From the human T2T-CHM13v2.0 reference genome, Homo sapiens, in NCBI RefSeq assembly GCF_009914755.1, contig NC_060925.1: a stretch of 64,000 bases of DNA. The stretch is one strand, 5' to 3'. This document shows, piece after piece, positions 27,364 to 42,736 of the stretch. The notes under the pieces are model-generated. The model was given only the letters and a program-made list of their open reading frames with translations. It searched no databases and was not told the DNA's origin. The position numbers and the translations under genes are program-made. Position 1 is the stretch's first letter, and every line of letters begins with the position of its first letter.

Positions 27364-27532
27364 TTTTTTTAAAAAAATATTTTTGTTTCAAAGAAATCCC
27401 CACAAATAAGGTATCCTATTCCATCTTCAGACAGCTTTCTTTGTTATAAAGGTCTTATTTATGTGTAATATATACAATGTATTCACTTGAAGTCTTGATC
27501 CAACGTCTACCCTCTGGCAATGTATAGAATTC

Positions 27533-27830
27533 TTTTTTTTTTTTTTTTTTTTTGGAAACGGAGTCTCACTCTGTTGCCCAGGCTGGAGTGATCTCGGCTC
27601 ACTGCAACTGTAACCTCCGCCTCCCAGTTTCAAGTGATTCTCATGCCTCAGCCTCCCGAGTAGCTGGGATTACAGGCGCCCGCCACCACACCTGGCTAAT
27701 TTTTGTATTTTTAGTAGAGACAGGGTTTCACCATGTTGGTCAGGCTGGTCTCAAACTCCTGACCTTGTGATCTGCCCACCTCGGCCTCCCAAAGTGCTGG
27801 GATTACAGGCGTGAGCCACCGTGCCCGGCC
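27533..27830 (-). mobile_element. AluS-like
   Basis: Poly(T) and full antisense dimer. Confidence 0.93.
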
Positions 27831-29731
27831 TCTCATTTTTAACTTATAACTTAAATTCCTTCAAATGACTAGTTTTTAGGACATGATTCCAAGTTTCCTC
27901 GCCATCTCATTTATTTTTCTCTGAATACACATCATTACCACTTTGTCATTGTATCTTTTAAAATATGGTACCCAAAATTGAGTATGGTAGTCTAGTTGAG
28001 ATCTCCCTGTAATCCCCAGCCAGAACAAATTTCTCTTTCCTCTGGATGTCTATAATAATAATAACCTTTGTTTTTTGGGGGCCTACCATTGCCAGGCACC
28101 ATACTTAGAGTTGTTTAATATTATATTTAATCCTCATTTTAAGACTATAAGATTGGAATTTCTTATTCCCATTTGATTGCTAGAGAAACAAAGATGCAAA
28201 ATTAATGTCAAACAATTTGCCCAAGATCATTCAGCTAATTGGTGGTAGAGTGGAGAACCAATTCTGTTTGATTCCAAAGCTTATATCCTTATCTCCCATT
28301 GTATTATAATTCCTCTCTATGCAGCTATATTGTTAGTGTTTCAAAGGGCAAGGATCATGTTGTGTTTACCTTTGTATCCTCAACCTGTAACCTAGAAACT
28401 GACACATTGTTTGAAGAGAAATGTAAAAGAAGCGGACTACCCACCTACCTTGTTCTAAAATGCTATATTTCCATTGAGACGTCTGACCCCCGGCACACTC
28501 TCAGGATTGATTTGTTAATAAATTTTGCAATGTACCACTCTGTTAGCTTTTTTGGCAGGGAACTCTCTCCATTCACTTATAATTATTCAATCAGTCAACT
28601 GTTTATGGCTTAAGAGTCTGTTGAAAGCTGTAAACCCTCCAAGAAAGTGCTAATATTCATAAGCACACAAAATTTGCATATTATTTCAAGGGGGTATGGA
28701 TCTCTTATAGCTTATCCCTGATTTCATTAGGGGATTGTAGACCCTAGGTTGAAAAGTGCTGTTGCAGGTCAACAAAATTTTAGTCATGTCTTTGGGACTT
28801 TACCTGAGTAGGGACCATTTGGGCAGATCCAAAGCTGTTGCTTCAGTAGAGTTTTCATCAGAAACTTCTGTAGGCCACGTTTATGCATGAGGGTTTGGGT
28901 AGTGATCCTTTATCTGGGCAAGAATATAAATCAGGCTCAATAATTTTCTTTTTAAACAAATCAACCATGCGACTTCATGTTTGATGCAAAAGCTTATTGC
29001 TCTCTAGTCACTCAGCAGCCCACAACTGACATTTTAGGTTCTGTGCCTGGCCCAGAGTGGATGCTCAACAAAGTAAATTTTTAAAGAGGTTTTCAAGAAG
29101 TTACAATGTAATATTTCCTCCTTAACATTTATTAAAAGTCAAACATTGATACAAAGAATGTTTTTCTTTAAAACAAATCAAGAATATTATCCATTCTGTT
29201 TAATGTCTTCACAATAAGTATCCTGATTTCTTAGTAAGAAAATAAGTTTCTCTTTTGTTAGATTTTAGGGGTGCAACTCATTGTGAGCCCCTAAACTTGT
29301 CTTCTAGGTATTTGGTGCTTAATTTTATGTTTATTTACTACTGTTATCTTTAGGTTTGTAAACTTATTTCCCACTTCCCTATGTTAAGGCATTTTCTTTG
29401 TGTGTTTGAGACTTACTGTTTAACTTTTATTTCCATATGAATGCCAAAAATAGCATTAGATTCATTGAAATTTGTTTGACTCTGTATTTGTACATGCTTT
29501 CATTGTCTCTCTTCCTGCTACTCTCTCCTGCCCCTACCGTACCCCACCCTATCTGCTCTACCCTTAGACAATTGCTTTTTATATCTTTCCTCAACCCACT
29601 GCAGTGATTATCTGCTCTTAGTTCCTGGCTTGCCTTTATTTCCTGGACTTTGGATATTCTATTACCCTACCAGTTTAACTACTTGCTTTCGATTCCAAAG
29701 TAATCTCCATTTCTCTGACTTTATGCTTCAT

Positions 29732-29733
<2 letters not shown>

Positions 29734-29763
<30 letters not shown>
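29734..29763. repeat. T30 homopolymer
   Basis: Direct read. Confidence 0.95.
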
Positions 29764-29764
<1 letters not shown>

Positions 29765-29819
29765 TAGCCAGAACTAGAGTAGAAAGTGATGGCAATAAGC
29801 AAGAACATGTGAATCTGGG

Positions 29820-31960
29820 AAGTTTTACACTTTGAAATAATCTCAGACTTACAGAAATGTTTTAAGTATAGCGTAAAGAATGTTTTCCCCCTGAACTGTT
29901 GGAGAGTGCTGACCCAATGCCCAACCACCCTGAATACTTTATTATGTATGTCCTACAAACTAGGACAACTTCCAACATAACTGCAATGCTACCCTCAAAG
30001 TCACACTACTGCCTCCCAGTCCTCAGATGCATTTAAGCTTTGGCAGTTGTCCCATCAATGTCCTTTACAGTGAAAGAATTCAGTTCAGATCATATATTGC
30101 ACTTTTTGTAGAATGTCTTTCAATTTTGGTTCGTATGGTGTTCCTTCATGATTAGAGTCAAGTTTTATGTCTTTAGCAGGAACATCACAAGGTGGTACAT
30201 GTTTTACATTTGTCCTATTGTTGATAAAGTTCACTTTGATCACTTTGATTCCCTTTGATTAAAGTGGTATCTGCCAGGCATCTCCATGTAAAGTTTTCTG
30301 CTTGTAATCTATAAGGATTTTGAGGGGAAATTCTTTGAGACTGTTTAAATATCCTATTCCCCTTCAAGCATTCAGTTTATTCATTTATTTATGGCAATAT
30401 AGGCTCATGGTTTCCTATTTAGTTCAATGGGTTATGCTGCATTCCTACTACCATTACTTATTTCGATGCTTTGTTTTAGATTTGGAGAGTGGGAGCTTCA
30501 AATTGGCCCCTGTGTCTTCTTATTGAATAAGCTTTTTATTTTGGGGTGATTTTAGATTAGCAGAAAAAGTTGCAAAGATAACACATAGAGTTCCCATGTA
30601 TCCCTTACCCAGTTTCCCCTGATGTTACATCTTATACAACCAATGTACATCAGTCAAAACTTAGAAATCAACACTGGCATATTATTTTAACTAAATTACA
30701 GACTCTATTTTAGATTTCATTAGTTTTTTCACTTAAGTTCCATGATTCAGTCTGAGATACATAATTGCATTTAGTTATCCTATCTCCTTAGTCTCCATTC
30801 TGTTACAGTTTCTCAGTCTTTTCTTGTTGTCTATGACCCTGATGGTTTTGTTTGGGTATCTTTTAGAATGTCTCTTAATTTGGGTTTGTAGGAGGTTTTT
30901 CCTCAAGATAAGATTGGGGTTATAGGTTTTGGGGAAGAATACCACAGAGGTGAAGTAGCTTCTGATGACATCATATCAGGGGGTACATGACATTAACATG
31001 ACTTACCACTGGTGATGTTAACCTTGATCATTTGCTTAAGGGGATGTCTGCTAAGTCACTCCTCTGTAAAGATACTATTTTTCCCATTCACTATTCTTTG
31101 GAAATAATACATTAATTCCAGCATACACTTAAGGGAAGGGTCCTATGTCCTTTTGACGTGTCCCCAGCATTCACTGAGTATGTCCTTTGTTTTCAACACA
31201 ACAGGACATTGCAGCTTATTTTGTAGTTTCTGTGCTCCAGCCCTAGAATCAGCCATTTCATGAAGGTGCCTATTTTAGACTGAATGTTTGTGTCTCTCTC
31301 CAAATTGATATGTTGAAGCCCCAACCCCCAGTGTTACTATATTTGGAGATGGGGCCACTAAGGAAGTAATTAAGATGAAATGAGGTCATAAGGGTGGGTT
31401 CCTGATCTGATAGGATTAGTGTCCTTATAAGAAGAGATAGCAGAGAACTTGGTCTCTCCACTCATACACCAAGGAAAGGCCATGTGAGGACATAGTGATA
31501 ACGTGGCTGCCTGCAAGCCAGCCAGAAATTGAATCAGCTGGAACCTTGACTTGGACTTCTGGCTTCCAGAAATGTGAGGAAATAAATTTCTGTTGTTTAA
31601 GCCACTCAGTCTGTGGTAGTGTGTTAGGGTAGCCTGAGCTGACTATTACAGTGCTTAGTTTCTTTTAGGGGGAAAATGCTACCTAGAAACCAAGATCTGG
31701 AAACTAGCTATACTCATTGCCATTGGGTGTCAGTGCTCTCAGGTCCTCTTAGTAGACAAAGCTAGAGAATATATAAATGTGTGTATATGCACACACACAA
31801 ACACTTATATTTCTATTGAAAGTAATGTGTTCATACCAATACATTAAATTTTAATCATTCCAGTTTTCTCCCATTCTGTATTTGTGACTCTTTCATCTGA
31901 AGTGAAAAGTTTGGTGTTCATTATCCTTATTTTATTTACTTATTTGATCAACCCCATTTA
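29820..31960 (-). mobile_element. Old L1 (L1MC-like) 3'-end fragments, nested
   Basis: Two ttttagatt..cagaaaa.gttgcaaa-type L1M termini (~29830, ~30535); interrupted by MLT1A; boundaries approximate. Confidence 0.55.
31271..31650 (+). mobile_element. MLT1A-like MaLR solo LTR
   Basis: gactgaatgtttgtgtc...AATAAAtttctgttgtttaagccac...gactattaca; TSD gtgcc/gtgct. Confidence 0.85.
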
Positions 31961-32233
31961 CATAGGCATCTCCCATCACCGCTGCAGATGCTTGCCCCAT
32001 TCCCCCCACAGATACCCACTTCACCCAATTCAGGCTCCATCCTCCTGCACTGGGTTTCTCTAGTAGCTGGAAGGCACCATCACCTTGCCTGGGTTCTGAC
32101 ACTCTGCTGGCTTCCTTCATGTACAGTGCCCTCCTCACCATGTTTGAGCTTTGAAACCTAAGATACTAAGTTAAGATATTTTGTGTGAAGTACATGTAAG
32201 TGTACAGTAAATGCTATCTATTATTTGTGCAAT

Positions 32234-32876
32234 TGTGATAGCCACAGTTCTAAAAATGGTCCCCCATATTTTCTACCATAATCCATGGGACTTTGACTAT
32301 AATGAGGTATCACACTGTGATTATGTTAAATGGCAAAAAGGGACTTTTTTGCAGGTGTAATTAAGGTTACTAATCAGTTGATTTAGGGTTACACAAAACA
32401 GAGATTATCTAGGTGGGCCCAATCTAATCACATGTGCCCTTTAAAAGCAGAGCATTTTCTTGGGCTGGAAGCCTTAGGGGAAATTCGAGGATTGAAGCAC
32501 AAGAAAGACGTGATTCGCTGTTTGTTGCTGGGTCTGAAGATGGAGTGGGCATGGGCAAGGATGTTAAAGCAGTTTCTAGGAGCTGAGAGGGTCTTCAGCT
32601 GACAGCCAGCAAGAAAATAGGGACTTCAGTCCTAATACCACAAAGAACTAAATTCTGCTAACTACCTTAGTGAGTGGAAATGTATTCTTCCTTAGGGTCT
32701 CCATATAAGAGCCTAGCTTGCCTGACACCTTGATTTGGCCTTGGGAGACCCTAAACAGAAAACCCAATGGGGCCTGCCTGGACTTATGATCTACAGAACT
32801 ATGAGAGAATAATAGGTATTGTTTTAAGCAACTTAATTTGGAGTCATTTGTTGCACAATAATAGATAACTAATACA
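32234..32876 (+). mobile_element. MLT1E-like MaLR solo LTR
   Basis: TG start, gtaattaaggttactaatcagttga, ...atagataactaataca end. Confidence 0.8.
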
Positions 32877-33128
32877 GTATATCCAGGTGATATTTGAAAG
32901 AAAAATATTTAAATATTTAATATTTACATATTAAATATTTAAATATTGGAGGAGAGATTGTGATTTATGTATGGTTATTCTTTGGATGGATGACTATCTA
33001 AATCTATCTCTTGAAGATTAAAGCCCTCTTTCTTGGGATGTCTGCAAGCAAAAACTGCTCAAGGAGAACCTTTTATAGTTAGATATGTAATGTTAATTAA
33101 TTTGAGCTATGTAAGTATTTTCTTTTGA

Positions 33129-33825
<697 letters not shown>

Positions 33826-34924
33826 TATTTTCAGGTTTTTTGAGCACTCTAAACATATTGGTTTATGTTAATGTCGTAAAATAATCTCAGAAAAAAAGAT
33901 GCAGCATTAGAGTTGATAAAGGTAATCTATGGAAACAAAATGTCATATATTTAACAAATATCAAAGGTCTACTTTCTGCTAGATATTGTGCTGGATGTTG
34001 GAGATCTGTTTATGCATGAGGCAGATATGTGATACTTGCCTACAATCTTATGAAAATTATAAGCATATAAGCAGTTAAAATATGGATGATAGCTGCTGTA
34101 AGGGTTGTGATGTGGAAAAAAAAAAAAAAAAGCCTGTGGAAACACAGATATCTAATCCAGACTTGAGAGGTTCAGTGGCTGGAGTCACATGGCCACAGCC
34201 TAAGTCACATGCTGGGAAGCTACTTGTTGGGAAGGCTGAGAAATATAGTTGTTATTGGGCAGCCCTGTGTTCAGCTATATGTTCTCTCACGTTAGAAAGA
34301 GAGCAGTCTGTGCCTTTCTTTCCAAACCCTTCTCCCAAGGGAGACAACCCCAGATCAACTTCAGAGTCCAGAATCTCTGGGTGATGTATGTTTCAGGAAC
34401 CTTTAGTTTAAGACAGAGAAAGTCACCTGAGTCCTGGGGAGAGAGATGGTAGCTAACGGAAAGAAGGGGAAGAAAGGGATGTAGAACATCCATGGCATTA
34501 GTAACAAGATGTACCAAGACCTAAAGACAAGGAAAAGCGTGGCCAAAATTAGTTCACTGTGGCTGAGGCATAGAGTTTGATAGGGTTAGTGGTAAAATAT
34601 AGGGCTGGCACATTTAGCATTACTAGATGATTGAAAGTGTATAGGGCATGTTAGGGAATTTGGATTTTATTTAATGGGATATATTTAAACAAGGGAGTGA
34701 TGCAATGAGATTTCTACCTGTCAGAAAGTAAAATTATATTGTTTTTGCTTTTACCTCCAAGGAATTTGCATGGTAGACATCCCAAATGTTGTTCTTGGCC
34801 CCAATTCCCATTCTAAGATTAGGAGGCCAGTGATGCAGTGAGCTTTAGGAATGTGATGGGAATGAATATTTTATAGATTTTGTTTTTGTAATGGCAATTC
34901 TTAAGGTACACCACTGTATAGTTG

Positions 34925-35140
34925 TGTTTGCTGTAGAGTCTGTCAACTGGGTTTGAATCACAGCTGTGTCACAAACTGTCTGTACAAGTCACTTAGTTTT
35001 TCTAGGCCTCAATGTTCTCATCTTTAAAATCTGGATGATAAAATCCAGCTTTAAAATCAAATTCTTAAGGTTGTTAGGATTAAATGAGATAATGTCTATA
35101 AAGTGCCTGGGATAAAGTAAATAATCAGTAAATGATTGTT
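34925..35140 (+). mobile_element. MIR
   Basis: ctgggtttgaatcacagct...caagtcactta...ggattaaatgagataatg. Confidence 0.72.
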
Positions 35141-35837
35141 TTTTATACTGCCAATAAAAAGCTGAAAGTTTATTAATTTATTTTAGGCCAAGTCAAAATG
35201 TGCTCCTGGCAAAAAGTTGGTATTGAAACGAACTTTCCAGCCAAAACCCTGCATTGAAAGCAGTTAAAAATTTAGCCAAGATAAAATTGATACCACATCC
35301 ACTCAGCCAACATCATATATGATAGGACTGCGTTGGGCCCCCCCCAAAATTCATTGTCTGGTGTGGGACATCCAAATGCAGTTTCAAAAGAGGGAGAAGG
35401 GAATATATAGGCTTGGAGCTTGGGAGAGAAGTTTGAAATGGAAGTAAGAGTTTGGAGATTAACTATCATGAAGATGAGATTTAACTCATCTCAATGGGTG
35501 CAGAAAAAGCACTTTATAAAATTTAACACTCATACATCGTAATACTTACAGCAGGCAGGAATAGAGAAGAATTTCTTCAGACATAAAGATTATCTAGAAA
35601 AGCCAAAAGCAATCATATTCAATGGTGAAATGTTGACAGCTTTCTTTCTGAGATTAGGAACAATACAGGGATCACTGCTATTCAAGACTGTATTGGAATT
35701 CCTAGCTAACACAATACACCTAGATAAATAAAGTTTAAAGATATAAAAAAAGATGTAAAACTGTCTATTTGCAGATAACATGATTGTGTATATAGAAAAT
35801 AAAAAAGAATCTATAAATAAGCTATTAGAAATAAGTG

Positions 35838-36059
35838 GGCCAGGCACGGTGGTTTACGCCTGTAATCCCCGGACTTGGGGAGGCCGAGGCAGGTGTATTG
35901 CTTGAGCCCAGGAGTTTGAGACCAGCCTGGGCAACATAACCAAAACCCTGTCTCTACCAAAAAAAAAAAAAATTAGCTGGGCCTAGTGGTGGCACATGCC
36001 TGTAGTCCCAGCTACTCAGGAGGCTGAGGTGGGAAGATCACTTGAGCCTAGGAGGTTGA
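35838..36059 (+). mobile_element. AluJ-like, 3'-truncated
   Basis: Left arm plus part of right arm. Confidence 0.88.
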
Positions 36060-37037
36060 TAATAATTAAATGAATTTACTAAGATTGATACTTGTAAGGT
36101 CAATGTACAAGTATAAATGATATTTCTGTATACTAGCAATTGCTAGAAAATTAAATGTCAAATTTTAAAAATAGACTTCAAATAACATCAAAAATGTCAA
36201 ATGCAATTTAAAAAATCTGATAAAAATATGCGAAATCTCTACACTGAAGACTATAAATATTTCAGAGAAGAATTTAAGAAGACCTAAATAAATGGAAGAA
36301 CATTCCACATTTGTGGATTGGAAGACTCAGTATCATTTAGATGTCAGTTGTTCCCAAACTGATCTATAGTGTCAATGGAATCCACTCAAAATCCTAGTAG
36401 GTTTTTTTTTTAATGAAAACTGATTCTAAAATTTGTACAGAAATGCAAGTGACCTGGAATAGCCAAGATACTTTTGAAAAAAAAAAAACTTGGAAGACTT
36501 ACACTACCAGATTTCAAAGCTTACTATAAAGCTCAAATAATTTGTTCAGTGTGATATTGGTACAGTGACTAGACAAGTACACTAGTGGGACAGAATAGAG
36601 TCCAGAAATTAACCCACAGAATATAGCAACTCAGTAGTAGAAAGAATAGTCTTTTCAACAGATGATGCTAGGGCAGTTTGATATTCAAATCAAAAAAATT
36701 GAACCTTGACCCCTACCTAATACCACTTAGAAATATTCTATTAAGATGGCTTATAGTCTAAATGTAAATGTTAAGACAATAAACATTCCAGAAGAAAAGA
36801 TAGATCAGTGTCTTCATGACCTTGGGTAGGTAAAGATTTCTTAAAGAGGTCACAAAAGGCATTAACCAGAAAAGAAGATATTATATGATAGATGGGACTT
36901 TGGCAAAATTAATGTCTTCTTATCAAAAAGACATTACTAATAAATCAGTAGGCAAACCACAGGCTAGATGAGGATATTTGCAATACCAATATTTGACAAA
37001 GGAGACTGATATCCAGAATTTATAAATTCTGCAAGTT

Positions 37038-37411
<374 letters not shown>

Positions 37412-37629
37412 TTAAAAGGTCAGTAATATCATTATAAGTCAAAGAAATACAAATTAAGGCCATAGTTGGATACACCATTCCCACCAGAATGGCCAAAATT
37501 AAAAGACAGGCAAGACCAGGTGTTGGCTAGAAAGTAGAGCAATTGGCACTCATATTCTGCCAATAAGTGTGCAAATTGGTTACAGATTTTTGGAAAACTG
37601 GGTGTGTCTCTTAAGGATAAACATACACC

Positions 37630-37927
<298 letters not shown>

Positions 37928-37969
<42 letters not shown>
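37928..37969. repeat. (AC)21 microsatellite
   Basis: Direct read. Confidence 0.96.
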
Positions 37970-37971
<2 letters not shown>

Positions 37972-38691
37972 CTACCATGTAATTTAGCAATTCTACTCCT
38001 TAGTATATTCTACTCAGCAATTATACTCCCAGCTTCATTCTTGATAGCCCCAAACTAGAAACAGTTCAAATTCCCATCAACAGGAGATGAGTTACATTGT
38101 TGTATATTCCAAAATGAATATTGTACAGCAATAAAAAAGAGGATTTGTTTTGTCAGATATCAATGTTTATAAAGCTTTATTTAGGACAGTATAATATTAG
38201 CACAGAATAGGCAAAATGTCCAATAGAACCAGAAGCAAGAGACAAAAATATCCATGTATATCTTGGAAGTTGATATATGAGAGAGACAGCCCTGCAGATC
38301 ATTGAGGAAAAGATGGACAATACAATTATGGTGTCCTAATAGTTGATTACCCATATAGGAAAAAAAAAAACTATTTTCCCATATGGGAAAAGGGAAAAAA
38401 AAACAGCACACAAAAATGAACTCCAAACTCACTAAAAACTGAAATGTAAATGGAAAAAATTTAGAATGATTGAAAGATGAAATAAGATCCCTTTATGACC
38501 TTGTTTAGGAAAGGACTTCTTAAGCCACAAAAAGCCTACATTTTAAGGAAAAAGATTGATAAATTTGATATTATTAAAATGAAAAACTTCTCTTCACCCA
38601 AAATCCCACAAATAAACACAATGACTCATCACACTGTAGGAGAATACACTCATAATACAGTTAACAACAAAAGGTGAGAATCCAGAATATA

Positions 38692-39025
38692 TTATTTTAA
38701 GGATTTGGTTCACAAGACTGTGGAGGCTGGCAAGTCCAAAATGTGTAGGGCATGCCAGCAGGCTGGAAACTCAGGCAGCTGTTAATGCTGTAGTCTTGAG
38801 GCAGAACTTCTACAGGAAACTTCACTTCTTGCTCATAAGGCCTTCAACTGATTGGATGAAGTCCTCCTCTCCCCAACATTATATAAGATAATCTCCATTA
38901 CTCAAGTCAACTGATTATAGATATTAACCACATGTACAAAATACCTTCATAGCAACACCTATATTAGTGTTTGATTAAATAACTGGACACTGTAGCTAAA
39001 TTGACACATAAAACTAATAATCACA
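38692..39025 (-). mobile_element. MLT2 LTR (partial)
   Basis: ccttcaactgattggatgaag and ttgacacataaaactaataatcaca, homologous to 6465-6984. Confidence 0.82.
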
Positions 39026-42000
39026 ATGCCCTACATTGTTTATTAATCATGTAATGGAAATTAAGGCCACAATGAGACACAATTTTATATCCATTAAATT
39101 GACACAACTTAAGTCTGATAACACCAAGCATTGAAAGGAGTGGATCAGCAGGACTTTTATCTACTGTTGATGGGACTGTACACTGGTACATCATTCTGGC
39201 AAACAAGTTGGCACTTCCTCATAAAGTTGATCATATGCATACGTACACCACAGGAATTTCTCTCCTTGAGGAGCTCTTGCACATGAATGCAAGGGGATAA
39301 GTGAAATTTACAAGAATGTTATGGTAGTTTTTTAAAAATTCAAACAGTGAACAACAACCTGGAAACAAACCAAATAATCAGTCATAGTAAAATGGATACA
39401 TAAATTATACTATAGTCACAGAATGGCATAGCAAACAGCAGTGAATAAATGAATGACAGCCAGGTGGAATGAGTGAATTTTAGAAACATAATATTGAGTC
39501 TAAGAATCAAGGCACAGAAGTTTAAAAATAGCATAATACCAATTTTATAAAACTCACAAATGAGTAATACAAAACAATATAATGTTTGGGGCCACATGCC
39601 TACATACAGATACAGACCTACATGTGAGGAGGAAGGTGGAGGAATGGGATAGTGAAGGAATGCAGAGGTGGATGCAAATGTCAGTGTTCTCGTCAAGTTT
39701 GGTAGTGAGTTTCTGGGTATTTATTTTGTTTATTACTACTCATAATATATGTTTGGTGTTTGGTGTTTCATCTTTTCATTTTATCAAGTTACATAAAATT
39801 TTAAAAGAAAATGAACAAAAACGTGCTTCCATTTCCAGTCCAAAGCACTGAAATTTAAAAGTAGTGTTTTTTAATCTATGAAAACATTTCTTAAAACATT
39901 TTTTTAAAAACTGAAACTAAGTCTGTGAAGAGCTTAGAAGACAATGTAATTCAGGTTTATAACTAAGGCCATGCTTCATCAAGGAGGTCTAGATCAGCTG
40001 GAACAATGGTTAACTTTTTTGTTGAGGGTGGGGTGATGACGTCATTGACTGACTGCTTTGCCATGGAAGCTATTGATCGTCTCTCCAGAAAGCATTTCAT
40101 ATGTGCAAAACTTGTCACTTCAGCAGGTGACACTGAATCTGGTATGGAAATAGTTTACTAAAGCTATCTAATACCAATTTTTATTAACTTAACTTGACAT
40201 TGGCAGTCAGATGACAAAGTGTTTTCATCAAAGGTGCTACTTTATTCCTTAAAATCAGTAAGTTAGTGGAAATGTTATAAAGCTAAGTTAGTATAGGGAG
40301 GCTCTAATTTTAGTCCTTTTAGTTCTGTGTGATGGAGCATAGAATTATTTTGGCAAATGGTTATTGGGACTCTCTTTCAGGTTTTAAGTTTTTAATTTGG
40401 CCAACTTACCAAGGCTCAAATTGAGGGATGACCCACTTTTGCCTGGGTCAAAGCAACCAGGGCATGGAGAAAAATAATTGGGTTTTTCTTTGTAGGAAGC
40501 TTTGTAAGGTTTCGCAGTTGGCAAACTCTGTATCCCACATCTGATACATAGAAGAGCTATGAGTAGAGATATGGGTGTTTTCAACATAACATTTCTAAGT
40601 TGCAAAATGCACCTTTGAATACTTAAGCTCTCTTAGGTAATTCTCTTAGCTGAATGAGTAACATAACATGTCATTTGTTTACAGATACTTGATAATGTGA
40701 AGAGCAGTATCATGTTTTCTTTATCTAGCATTTGATGGCTGTTAACCAGTGAAATGAGAGATTAGATTCTATGCAACTAAAAGCACACACTGGATCCCTT
40801 CAAAAAAACCGTGTCACCTTCTATATAAAGTATTAAATTCGTTGATTGGCAAGATGCATATGTTATGCTGCTGAGACAGTGATGTTTTCTTATTGAAGAG
40901 TACAGTAGATGTTTTTGTAAGTTCAAGAAAATGTTGAAGCTTACAAGATAAAAATTACCATAGTAATATGTAAACTAATCTTTATAATTGAGCATAGTAC
41001 CATATGATTCACCAAATGCTATTTTACAAAATTGGTAAGTGTATGTATTTTAAAAAATTTCTAATACTGGTTGGTAATAAAGAATACTAAATTATCAACT
41101 TTATCTTTCATATCATAGAGGATTACCTTTTTTCACTCAGCTTTGTTTTCATGCTTTGCCTATTATATCACTCTTTTCTCCCTCTTGGGTTGGATTAAAA
41201 GGGAGAATATTTTTCAACTTCTGTCTTCTTATTTATTATCCATTTCTATATTACTCATATGATTACTTATTAGGGCACTCGTGGTATTGTTTTTATAACT
41301 GTTAATGATAGTGTACTGTTTTTAAAGTTAATGCTGGAATGAATAAGTCAATATGGCATAGAGGTTGAGTGTCATCCTTGGAGCCAGACAGATAGAGTGA
41401 ATCTCCTCTCAGCAAGTGACTAGCTATATGTCCTTGGCAACTTTACTCTGTTTTTCCTGATTTTTAATAAAAGTGAATTCAGTGCCTGATACCTTGTGAT
41501 AACTATAATAATAGCAATAATAAGATTATTATTGAATTCAGCATTTTAGGTTACATACTTAACATAATAGCACCTGTGTATATTTAGCATATTCATTTGC
41601 AGTATAGAACAGGTTGGCTGTAACTCTCTAATCTGGAGTCAGAATGTCTACCTGTGTGAGAGTCTAGTTCCTTTGAATATATTGTAACTGCATCTGTTAT
41701 GTATTATGAGTAAAATTTTTCAGGGCCACATATTGATTTAACAACGAAACAATTATATTCACTCTAATGTATGTTTGAGTGCCTACGATATGCAAAGCAA
41801 TGCAAGTAGTATATAAATATGTAAAATGCAGTTTCTGTTTCTAAGTACCATCAGTCTAACAGAAAGGATTAGGGAAATAGAGGAAATCTACTCTTTTGGG
41901 CACCCAAGTGGATAGAGGTTGTGCTATCAGAAAAAAAAAGTTTAGGCTATGTTAATAATAGAAGCAGAATGAACCATAAACCAGTTTAAACATCTTGGGG

Positions 42001-42669
42001 AGCCAAGGGGAAATAAATGGAACTGCATGCTATGCCTTAGTAGTTAGTTTTTTTCATATCCAGGGATCTCTAAGCTCAGGTTTACAATCTATTTTATTTT
42101 TATTTTTTTACAATTTATTTTTTCTACGTTTGTGCTCTAAGCATCTACAGGTGTATTACTTGTTAAAAGCTCTATAGCATGCAGAAATAGAAATAAGTAT
42201 AATACTTATTTCCACAAGAGAGGCATAAATAAAGTTATGACCATTGTTAGCATAAAGGTGGGAGAGGTCACATTCTGTGGAAAATTATGAGAAGCAACTT
42301 CATGAAAGAACATTTGAGCTGAGATTTCATAAAGATGCATGTGATTTCAGGCAAAGTTTGGGAAATTTAGTGATATGTTTGCCTCCTGCTACGTCAAGGA
42401 ATAAGTGTGAGTAGAAAGAGAACAGTGCATGGTATACTTGTGAGATAGTGAATCTTCCATTTGAGCAGGAATGTGGGCTTTGTGTAGGATGTCTGGGGAA
42501 TCTGGAAGACCTTTAATTTAAGTAAGTAATGGGGATCCATGAAATAATTTTTTTTTTTTACATGGGACATGGTGGTGGTAATGGTGGTGGTGGTGGTAGG
42601 CTAATAGAGCTAGATTATCTAGTAACTGCATTTGTATGTTTACTGAATTCGTGTTTTTTTCTCTTTCAG

Positions 42670-42736
42670 GAAGTTCATGATTTGTTAAAAGACTATGACT
42701 TAAAATATTGTTATGTGGACAGAAATAAACGAACAG
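42670..42736 (+). CDS. RAVER2: RAVER2 coding exon 2 (RRM1 middle)
   Basis: Acceptor tttttttctctttcag|G, donor CAG|GTAAGA; 67 nt; EVHDLLKDYDLKYCYVDRNKRT, in frame with exon 1. Confidence 0.95.
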
